Below, in pieces: positions 36,683 through 44,654 of a stretch of DNA of 64,000 nucleotides. A program made the position numbers and the translations under genes. The notes below the pieces were generated by a model. That model worked only from the letters and a program-made list of their open reading frames with translations. It was not told the origin of the DNA and searched no databases. Source of the stretch: an uncultured Pseudomonadota bacterium. Its GTDB lineage: Bacteria > Myxococcota_A > Polyangia > Fen-1088. The number at the start of each line of letters is the position of its first letter. Within the stretch, counting starts at the first letter, position 1. The stretch lies in NCBI GenBank assembly GCA_963847705.1, contig CAWKBC010000040.1, forward strand, positions 64,001 to 128,000. The letters are read 5' to 3'.

Positions 36683-37816
36683 CTAGATCTCGCTGAAGAG
36701 GGTGACGGACATCGACTGGTTCTGCAGCGTGCACGGCGCCCCCGGCGCCGCCGGCGAGAGCTCGCCATAGGCGTAGAAGCCGGCGGTGTGGGTCTCCGGA
36801 GCCAGCGCCTCGATCACACCTTCCACCTCTTCCTCGACGCGCTGCTTGAGGAGCTGCTTGCGCCCGACGCAGCTGATCAAGATGCCCAGCTCCGCGGGGA
36901 CGCCGAGCATCTGCTGGCTGGCGCGGCCCGCGGCGCAGGCGCCGTCGACCAGGCGATCGAAGTTCGCGTGCATGAGCCGGACGAAGGACCCTTCCGGCAC
37001 GTCTCCCGCGAAGATCATGCTCTGCGCGCCGTCGTCGATCCCCACCACCGCGCGCGTCACGCTCTCGCCGCTGATCGGATCGCGCACCGTCAGCGGGAAC
37101 AACAGGCCGCTGGCCGGCAGGTTCTTGGCGTGCTCGCCCAGGTACTTTTTGTAAAGCTCCAGCGCGCTCCGCCCGTCCAGCTCGTAGAGCACGTTGCCGG
37201 AGGCGCGGGTGACCAGCCGTTCGGGCCCGAACGGGTCCCACCCGCCCATCGAGCTCCAGCCGACCCGCAGACGATCGCCGTAGAAACCGACCACCACGCT
37301 GCGGCGCTCGGCGACCGAGTCGCCAGCGCAGACAAAGGTGTGGCCGAAGCGCTCGCCGTCGCCCGACCGCCCTCCGGTGGTGGCCACCCCTGCAGGAAGG
37401 GCGGACGACAGGCCGTGAACCAGATCGGTGCCGTTGACGCCGAGGCCGTCCGACAGGACGAAGGTGTGCACCAACCCAGCGTGGGGAATGGCGTTGGCCA
37501 GCTGCCGTCCGGCCGCCAGGCTGTCGCCGCCGCTGTCGATGGTGACCTCGGCGGCCCGCAGCTCGCTCTTCTCCAGCTTGATCGCCGTGACCACCACCGA
37601 ATCATCTCTGACCTCCTTGCCGACGATCTCGCCCGCGGTGGAGCCGCCGCAGACGTAGGCGTTGGGATAGCGGGCGCGAATCTCGGAGAGGCGCGCGGCG
37701 ATCATCGGCCCGGTGGAACCGAACACCAGCGCCAGATCGATCTCGCCGGAGGCGGGACCGCCCGCTTCGTGCGTCCAGCCCGAACCTCGTGACCAGACAG
37801 AGCGATTCGCCTTCAC
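36683..37816 (-). CDS. FIST (NosP-like) sensor protein
   Basis: STAGEI, LSDGLGVNG, GGWDPFGP, ISCVGR, GFYAYGE; GTG at 37816 with a GGAGG Shine-Dalgarno. Confidence 0.92.
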   Translation of the reverse strand: MKANRSVWSRGSGWTHEAGGPASGEIDLALVFGSTGPMIAARLSEIRARYPNAYVCGGSTAGEIVGKEVRDDSVVVTAIKLEKSELRAAEVTIDSGGDSLAAGRQLANAIPHAGLVHTFVLSDGLGVNGTDLVHGLSSALPAGVATTGGRSGDGERFGHTFVCAGDSVAERRSVVVGFYGDRLRVGWSSMGGWDPFGPERLVTRASGNVLYELDGRSALELYKKYLGEHAKNLPASGLLFPLTVRDPISGESVTRAVVGIDDGAQSMIFAGDVPEGSFVRLMHANFDRLVDGACAAGRASQQMLGVPAELGILISCVGRKQLLKQRVEEEVEGVIEALAPETHTAGFYAYGELSPAAPGAPCTLQNQSMSVTLFSEI

Positions 37817-37994
37817 GGAGCTCTCCTCCCCGACACGTATGGTCGACAGACCCACTGTCGGCGGGATTGCGTGCCGGCTTGAGGCCGCCAGGCCCCTTCG
37901 GCGCGTCTCATTGTCACGGCAGCCCCGGCGGCTTTACTCGGCTCCTGCGCTGGGCAACACTGCGGAGCTTCAGGTCCAGGGGGAGGAGGCACGG

Positions 37995-39131
37995 ATGCAA
38001 ACGGCGCAGATGCAATGGCTTCCGCGAGTCGGATGGAGGCCAACTGATTTTTTGGATGCGAAGTGGAAGCCCGACGTGGTCTTCGCCTTCGGGTCCCGCA
38101 ACGTCCTCAACGACGCCGGGTGCATGGACGCCCTGCGCGCGGCCTTTCCCGAGGTCCCGCTCCTCGGATGTTCGACGGCCGGCGAGATCTGCGGGACGAC
38201 GGTGCAAGACGGCACCCTCTCCGTGACGGCGGTGCGATTCGATCACACGCAGCTTCGTTTCGCGCGGGAGGTGGTGTCGGATCGATCGCAAGCGGGCTCG
38301 GCGGCGCGCGCGATCGCCAAGGCGCTCGACCACCAAGAGCTGGTGAGCGTGTTCGTTCTCAGCGACGGCCTCAACGTTCACGGGCCAGATCTCCTGGCCG
38401 GCCTCACCGAGGCCTTTCCGCCGGGCGTCGTGGTCACGGGTGGGATGGCCGCGGACGGCTCCGAGTTTTGTCGGACCCTGGTTCTGTCGGGGCAGGGTGT
38501 CGAGAACAACACGGTGGTCGCGGTGGGGTTCTACGGAACGCGCCTCCAGGTCGGACATGGCACGGGCGGCGGGTGGGATCCCTTCGGCCCCTTTCGTCGC
38601 GTGACGCGGGCCACGGGAAATGTGCTGCACGAGCTCGACGGAAAATCGGCGCTGGCCCTCTACAAGCGGTATCTCGGCGAGCACGCGGCGGGCTTGCCGG
38701 GCTCCGCCTTCTTCTTCCCGCTCTCGGTGAGCCGGACGCGCGACGGGCGGGCCGTGGTGCGCACGGTGATCTCGATCGACGAGGAGGCCCAGACGATGTC
38801 GTTCGGAGGCGACATCCCCGAAGGAGGATACGCGCAGCTCATGCGCGCCAACGTCGACCGGCTGGTGGACGGCGCTCTGGCGGCGGCCCACGCCACCCAG
38901 GAAGGGGGCGCCCAGCAGCCGAGCCTGGCGATGCTGATCAGCTGCTCGGGGCGACGCCTGGTCCTCCGTCAGCGCGTCGAGGACGAGATCGAGGCCGTGC
39001 GCGAGGTGCTGGGCCCCAGCACGACGATTTCGGGATTCTATTCGTACGGTGAATTCGCGCCCAGCTCTCGGGGGGCGAGCTGCGAGCTGCACAATCAAAC
39101 CATGACCCTGGTTACCCTGGCCGAAGTGTAG
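37995..39131 (+). CDS. FIST (NosP-like) sensor protein
   Basis: GCSTAGEI, LSDGLNV, GGWDPFGP, GFYSYGE, CELHNQTMT; GGAGG Shine-Dalgarno. Confidence 0.92.
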   Translation: MQTAQMQWLPRVGWRPTDFLDAKWKPDVVFAFGSRNVLNDAGCMDALRAAFPEVPLLGCSTAGEICGTTVQDGTLSVTAVRFDHTQLRFAREVVSDRSQAGSAARAIAKALDHQELVSVFVLSDGLNVHGPDLLAGLTEAFPPGVVVTGGMAADGSEFCRTLVLSGQGVENNTVVAVGFYGTRLQVGHGTGGGWDPFGPFRRVTRATGNVLHELDGKSALALYKRYLGEHAAGLPGSAFFFPLSVSRTRDGRAVVRTVISIDEEAQTMSFGGDIPEGGYAQLMRANVDRLVDGALAAAHATQEGGAQQPSLAMLISCSGRRLVLRQRVEDEIEAVREVLGPSTTISGFYSYGEFAPSSRGASCELHNQTMTLVTLAEV

Positions 39132-40439
39132 ATGGTGGCGGATTTCCACGCGCTGCTGCGCAGACAGCTTCGCAAGCACTTCGGGAGCGCAGAACCGCTG
39201 GAGTCGATGCGGTCGTTCATCGAAGCGGTGAATGAGGCTTACTTCCAGGCCGACGACGAGCGGATGATGATGGAGAGAGCCTTCGAGCTCTCGTCGCAGG
39301 AGATTCTCGATGCGAACGCCGAGCTCGCCGCCGCGCTGGAGGCGCTTGGACGGGCGGCGGAGCAGAGCGCGGAGGCCAGCCGGGCGAAGGACGAATTCCT
39401 GGCCATGCTGGGCCATGAGCTGCGGAACCCGCTGGCGCCGATCGTGACCACGCTCGATCTGGCGAAGGTCAAGGGTATCCCGACCATCGAAGCCCGAGAC
39501 ATCGAGCGCCCGGTCCGGCAGGTCCTGCGTCTGGTCGACGATCTGCTCGACATCGCTCGCGTGGCGCGCGGCGGGCTGGTGCTGGAGAAGCGTCCTCTCG
39601 AGCTGGCTCTGGTCGTTCGCAATGCGGTGGGGGCGATCCGTCCAGCGGTGTTGCAGCGAGGGCATCTTCTTCGCGTCGAGGTCCCCGAGGAGGGCCTGGT
39701 CGTGGACGGCGACGAGGCGCGGCTGACCCAGGTCGTGACCAACCTTCTGATTAATTCTGTGCGTTACACCGAGACGGGCGGCGCGATCACCATCGCGGCC
39801 TGGCGGGACGGCGAGGAGGCGGTCCTGCAGGTCCGCGACAACGGTCAGGGGATCGAGGCCGAGAGGCTGCCGCACATCTTCGATTCGTTCGGGAAGGCGC
39901 GCCCTCCGGGGGGCTCCGGGCTCGGCCTCGGGCTGACCATCGTGCACAACTTGATGGAGCTCCACGGCGGAACTGCGACGGCCCAGAGCGACGGACCCGG
40001 GAAGGGCGCGACGTTCGAGGTTCGCCTGAAGACCTTCGCCGCGCCGGTGCGGGCAGAGCCGGTCCCCCCCAGGCCACCGCCCGCGGTGCGGAGACGCAGA
40101 ATCCTCATCGTCGACGACAACCGCGAGGCGGCCAACCTCATCGGTGAGGCCCTGAGGCTCTCGGGGCATGAGGTGGCGCTCGCCTACCAGGCGGACGAGG
40201 CGTTGCTCCGCGTCGAGCGCTTCACGCCCGACGTGGCCTTGCTCGACGTCGGGCTGGCCGGTATGAGCGGCCACGATCTGGGCGAGGAGCTGCGGCTGCG
40301 AAACGCCACGCTGAAGCTCGTCGCCATCACGGGCTACGGCCAGCCGTCCGATCGTGAGGCGAGCCGGCGGGCCGGTTTCGCCGCCCACCTGGTCAAGCCG
40401 GTGGGCCTCAGGGAGCTGCTGGAGGTCATCAGCGGCTGA
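39132..40439 (+). CDS. Hybrid histidine kinase (HisKA-HATPase-REC)
   Basis: LGHELRNPL, NLLIN, DNGQGI, GLGLGL; REC LIVDDN..LLDVGL..LVKP. Confidence 0.93.
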   Translation: MVADFHALLRRQLRKHFGSAEPLESMRSFIEAVNEAYFQADDERMMMERAFELSSQEILDANAELAAALEALGRAAEQSAEASRAKDEFLAMLGHELRNPLAPIVTTLDLAKVKGIPTIEARDIERPVRQVLRLVDDLLDIARVARGGLVLEKRPLELALVVRNAVGAIRPAVLQRGHLLRVEVPEEGLVVDGDEARLTQVVTNLLINSVRYTETGGAITIAAWRDGEEAVLQVRDNGQGIEAERLPHIFDSFGKARPPGGSGLGLGLTIVHNLMELHGGTATAQSDGPGKGATFEVRLKTFAAPVRAEPVPPRPPPAVRRRRILIVDDNREAANLIGEALRLSGHEVALAYQADEALLRVERFTPDVALLDVGLAGMSGHDLGEELRLRNATLKLVAITGYGQPSDREASRRAGFAAHLVKPVGLRELLEVISG

Positions 40440-40521
40440 TCCTGGCCCTCGTCGGTGATGCCAGCGTGAACTCGCGATCGGTCGTCACCGGATCGGAGCC
40501 GCCTGATTCAATCGCCGGCCG

Positions 40522-41349
40522 TCAGCCGTACTGGACCGCCGAGACGCGCGCGCTCATCAGGTCTTCGTTGAAGGTGATGCGTCCGGTGTCGTCGCCCGCG
40601 GCGCCCGCCACGACCATCAGGGGGATGAGGTGCTCTTCGCGCGGGTGTGCGTGCCGGGCGCCCGGCGCCGAGGTCCAATCCGCCAGCCGGCGCGCGCGGG
40701 TCTCGGGGGCGGCCGTGGCCGCCTCCTTGAGCCAGGCGTCGAAGATCAGCGAGGCCTGATGCGCCGTCGTCGTTCCGAAGTCGCGCATGTTGTGGTAGCT
40801 CATCCCGCTGCCGAGGATGAGCACCCCCTCGTCGCGCAGCGGCGCCAGCGCCCGCCCGATCTCCAGGTGCTCGCGCGGATCGAGCCCCGCCTTCAGCGAG
40901 AGCTGGATCGTCGGCACGTCGGCCTCGGGCCAGGAGAGCTTGAACGGCACGAAACAGCCGTGGTCGAACCCCCGGCGCGCGTCGGTCTTCGCGGGGATGC
41001 CCGCGTCGCCGAGAAGCTGCACCACACGTTCGGCGAGCGCCGGGCTCCCGGGCGCGGGCCAGGTGATCGTGTACGCCTCGGGCGGAAAGCCGCCGTAGTC
41101 GTAGTACATCGGCGGCTGCGGCGACGTCATGACGGTCGGCGCGCTCGCCTCCCAGTGGGCCGAGACGACGAGCAGGGCCTTCGGCGGCGCCGGAAGCTGC
41201 TCCGGCAGCTTCACGAAGTAATCGCGCAAGGCCGCGACGTCTCGGGCGGGCATGAAGCCACCCATGTCGACGAAGGGCCACGGGCCGCCCCCGTGCGGGA
41301 CGTACACGACCGGCTGGCGCACGCGGGTGGGTTCGATTCGGTCGCTCAT
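40522..41349 (-). CDS. Class III extradiol dioxygenase (LigB/DODA-type)
   Basis: HGGGP, SAHWE, YDYGGFP, GFDHG, GSGMSYHN, AHPREEHLIPL. Confidence 0.93.
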   Translation of the reverse strand: MSDRIEPTRVRQPVVYVPHGGGPWPFVDMGGFMPARDVAALRDYFVKLPEQLPAPPKALLVVSAHWEASAPTVMTSPQPPMYYDYGGFPPEAYTITWPAPGSPALAERVVQLLGDAGIPAKTDARRGFDHGCFVPFKLSWPEADVPTIQLSLKAGLDPREHLEIGRALAPLRDEGVLILGSGMSYHNMRDFGTTTAHQASLIFDAWLKEAATAAPETRARRLADWTSAPGARHAHPREEHLIPLMVVAGAAGDDTGRITFNEDLMSARVSAVQYG

Positions 41350-41466
41350 GGCTGCTTCACGTTGGATACCAGGACGCGCGAAAGGTCACGGCCTTTCGCG
41401 ATCTGAAGCGCAGCCGTCATCGCCACGCTCGTGCCACGCTGGGGCCACGCCGGGGCCAAGCTCGGG

Positions 41467-42111
41467 CTAGGGGCGAATCTGCGGGCCCTCGGGCCCCCTT
41501 TGCAGCGCCCGCCCCCGCAACGATCGGTCGACCATGACCTGGAAGATGCCCAGCAGCGCCTCGCGCGCGGCGGGCCCCTGCGCACCTTCGAGCAGGCCGA
41601 GCGCCTCCGCGATCGCCTCCATCGTGGAGAGGCGCCGGGCATCCAGCGTCCTGCGGAGCCGGTACTCGGACGGCGCGTCGCGCGTGACGAACGCGCAAGG
41701 CACGTCGCTCAGACCCGCGAGGCGCCGCCGCACGCGCTGCGCCTGCCTCCAGGTCCCGTCGGGAACGATCAAGGTCACCGGCCTCGGGCCGCCACAGAAG
41801 TCCGCCAGCGGGCGCGCGTCCGGATGGGGGAACAACACGACGGGGTCGCCGTGCTCGGCCCAGGCCGGCACCGCCTGCGGCTGGTCAGGCGCCCCACGGA
41901 TGACGGCGTCGCTGTTGGGGAGGCATCGCAGCGCGAGCCGACCGGTGTTGCTGGGCTTCTGCGTCTCGGCGTGGTGGAGCACGACCAGGACCCGGGTGCG
42001 CGTCTCGACGCGGGGGACCAGATCGCAGAGGCAAGCGGTGACCAGCAGCCGGCAGCCCGGACAGCGGTGTCCCACCAGCCCCTCGACCATCCGGTTGCCG
42101 GGGTTGCGCAT
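41467..42111 (-). CDS. DTW domain tRNA-uridine aminocarboxypropyltransferase (TapT-like)
   Basis: RCPGC..CLC, KPSNTG, DGTWRQA, LSTMEA. Confidence 0.88.
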   Translation of the reverse strand: MRNPGNRMVEGLVGHRCPGCRLLVTACLCDLVPRVETRTRVLVVLHHAETQKPSNTGRLALRCLPNSDAVIRGAPDQPQAVPAWAEHGDPVVLFPHPDARPLADFCGGPRPVTLIVPDGTWRQAQRVRRRLAGLSDVPCAFVTRDAPSEYRLRRTLDARRLSTMEAIAEALGLLEGAQGPAAREALLGIFQVMVDRSLRGRALQRGPEGPQIRP

Positions 42112-42124
42112 CAGCGCCCGCCGC

Positions 42125-42667
42125 TCATTCCCCGAGGCTGTGCCGGACGATCGGCGTCTCGAGACTGACGTCACCGCTCGTCACGTACAGCGTCCCGTCG
42201 TTGCGCGACAGTGACCAGCGCGCGTTGCGGTCGGTGGCCGCGTCGAGCGCGTCGAGAAAGGCGCCCTCCAGCGGGTAGACCTCGATGCTCTCCGCCTTGT
42301 GAATCGGCTTCGCGCGCGCCCCCTTCTGCAGCGCCGCGACGTCGCCGTGCGTGAACACCACCACCCGGGGCGACGCCTTGCTCGCCTTGTGCAGGCGCTC
42401 GGGCGAGGGGGTCCCCACCTCCAGCCACAGGCGAAGACTGCCTTGCATGTCCCTCGCCCAGACCGCGGGCTCATCGGTGCTGGAGAGGCCCTTCGAGAAC
42501 GCGATCCCCGGCTCGTGGCAGAGGCAGTACCCGATCACGCGGGTCAGCAGGTACCGCATCGTCTCGGACGGATGCCGCGCCACCCGCAGGTCGAGCGCCT
42601 CGTAGACGCCACGGTCGACGTCCGAGAGCTCAATTTGGAGGTGATAGACCGTCGCCGACAGAGCCAT
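42125..42667 (-). CDS. yaeQ: YaeQ family protein
   Basis: MALSATVY..LSDVDRG, ARHPSET, GLSSTDEP, WLEVGTP. Confidence 0.92.
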   Translation of the reverse strand: MALSATVYHLQIELSDVDRGVYEALDLRVARHPSETMRYLLTRVIGYCLCHEPGIAFSKGLSSTDEPAVWARDMQGSLRLWLEVGTPSPERLHKASKASPRVVVFTHGDVAALQKGARAKPIHKAESIEVYPLEGAFLDALDAATDRNARWSLSRNDGTLYVTSGDVSLETPIVRHSLGE

Positions 42668-42802
42668 CCGCGCGGACACTACTACCGATCGCACCCTCGG
42701 GCGCGATCGTCTCTCGTTCGTGGTTCAACCCGCCATCGGCTCCTACTGTGGCGCCCGGATCGACGCACGGGGTGGCGCACTCGACGGGGGCAAGCGTCGT
42801 AC

Positions 42803-44596
42803 TCAGTCGGTCGGCGGCGTGTTCGTGAGCGCGATCGTCGCGTCGTCGAGGAACAGGTCCGGACACTCGATTTGTCCCGACCCGGTGCCGCAAGTCCCTT
42901 GGTCCGCCTGGGTCACCCAGAGCGCCGCTCCGGTCATCTGACAGCCTTTGGGCGCGTCGGAGGGCGGGAAGGCGACAGCGCCGCTGCTCAGTGGCGCCCA
43001 ACTTCCGGTCGGGAGGGCCGCGGTTTGGGTGATCGCTTTCGTGCGGACGCTGCCGGAAGGATCACCCTTGCAGCTGTAGGCCGCCCACAGCTGGATGGCA
43101 TGGGACGTCACCCCCGATTGCATGACGTAGAAGGTGACGGCGTAGTCCGCGGCGCCGATCGGCAACGCATACCTCATCGCCGTGATCGAGAGCGACCGAT
43201 TGTGCTCCCAAAGGCTGTTCTTGCCGCCGTTGTGTTGGGCCGTGCTCACGCTGAGCGTCGCCGAGCCCATACTGTTCGTGCTCCACCCGTCGACATACCC
43301 CCCCGTGGCCTCGAAGTTCGGATTGCCGACGAGGTTGTGACCGTCGGTGACCGTCACGACCAGGTCGTCGACGTATAAATTGGGAAATGCCGTCGTGCCG
43401 GCGACCGGGTTGTCACCCGCATCCTCGTTGAGGAAGACCACGGCGTTCCTCACCAGACCGGGCAGGATTCCACTGGTCTTCGGCATCGCGAAGCAGTCCG
43501 ACATCACGGCCGGGTCCATGGTGAGGTCGATGGTCGCGGTGAAGTTCACCCAGGTCCCCGAGGGCATCAGCGCCGCAGTGCTGCCAGCGTAGTAATAGTT
43601 GACACCCTGCGCACACATGAGGCGGAGCTGGAGAAGGGCGCTCGGGGGCGTGCCCGCCTGGTCTTGCATGGCCCACAAGCTGATGTTGTAGGTCCCGATT
43701 CCCGTCGGGACGTAGTAGCCAGGGCCGATGTAGCTCGCCGACCGGCTCGTCTGCTCGGCTGAGTACAGGCCAGCGTGGACAGGCGTGGAGGTCACGGAAA
43801 GCCCGCCGCCGCTGGGAATCGTGGACCATCCGTCGGAGGTGCCGTACTCGAGATCGCCGTTGCCCGCCAGGTTGGGGTTCGTCCCGACGCAGGTCCCCGC
43901 AGCGCAGAATCCGCCTGTAATGCAAGCCGTGCCGTCGGTGCAACTGGTCAGGCAAGCGTTCGACTGACAGAGGAAACCGTTGCAGCTCACCGGGGAGCTC
44001 GGATTGCATCGGCCCGTTCCATTGCAAACGGAACCGTTGATCACGGAATCCGCCGTGCTCGAGCAGGTCGTGGCCTGAGAGCAGGACGTGAGAGCCGGCC
44101 AGAGCAGGCACGCCCCGCTGCCGTTGCACCCCGCGCCACTGACACCGCACGTACTCTTGTCCGTCGCGGGGCAGTCGCCGCGCGGATCCAGCTGGCTGGC
44201 AACGGGGATGCAGCTGTTGCCGGTGCTGTCGCAGGTCTGGCAGGTCCCTGAGCAATCCATGTTGCAACAGAACCCGCTCATGCAGCTGCCCTGTTTGCAG
44301 TCCGCGCCGCTCTGGCAGCGGTCGCCGTACATGCCCGTCGGCGCCTGTCCCCCGGCCCCGCTCTGCCCCGCCGCGCCACCGGCCATGCCGCCGCTCCCCT
44401 GGTTGCCGGCGCCACCCAAGCCGCCGGTCCCCACGCTCCCCCCCCGGCCACCGATCCCGGTTCCGTTGCCACCGTTCCCCATTCCGCCGCTGCCGGTCAC
44501 GAGGCCGTTGCCCCCGAGACCCGCCGCCGCGTCGCGCGCATGGAACGCTTCCTCGCCCTTGCACCCGACGGCGGCGAGCGCGACGAGCGACGCCAA
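42803..44596 (-). CDS. Cys-rich lipoprotein with two CBM4/9-like modules; start uncertain
   Basis: AAVGC lipobox, Gly linker, Cys repeats, NLAGNGDLE and NLVGNPNFE module starts, YVDDL/FLDDA ends. Confidence 0.8.
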   Translation of the reverse strand: MASLVALAAVGCKGEEAFHARDAAAGLGGNGLVTGSGGMGNGGNGTGIGGRGGSVGTGGLGGAGNQGSGGMAGGAAGQSGAGGQAPTGMYGDRCQSGADCKQGSCMSGFCCNMDCSGTCQTCDSTGNSCIPVASQLDPRGDCPATDKSTCGVSGAGCNGSGACLLWPALTSCSQATTCSSTADSVINGSVCNGTGRCNPSSPVSCNGFLCQSNACLTSCTDGTACITGGFCAAGTCVGTNPNLAGNGDLEYGTSDGWSTIPSGGGLSVTSTPVHAGLYSAEQTSRSASYIGPGYYVPTGIGTYNISLWAMQDQAGTPPSALLQLRLMCAQGVNYYYAGSTAALMPSGTWVNFTATIDLTMDPAVMSDCFAMPKTSGILPGLVRNAVVFLNEDAGDNPVAGTTAFPNLYVDDLVVTVTDGHNLVGNPNFEATGGYVDGWSTNSMGSATLSVSTAQHNGGKNSLWEHNRSLSITAMRYALPIGAADYAVTFYVMQSGVTSHAIQLWAAYSCKGDPSGSVRTKAITQTAALPTGSWAPLSSGAVAFPPSDAPKGCQMTGAALWVTQADQGTCGTGSGQIECPDLFLDDATIALTNTPPTD

Positions 44597-44654
44597 TACC
44601 AGCAGCCCCGCCCCCCGAGACGAATCGGGGCGGGGCGACCGGTGGGTCAGTCAA

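Noticed and set aside
34559-37792. 1077-aa plus-strand ORF
   Set aside because: Antisense shadow of the GGDEF-EAL and FIST genes
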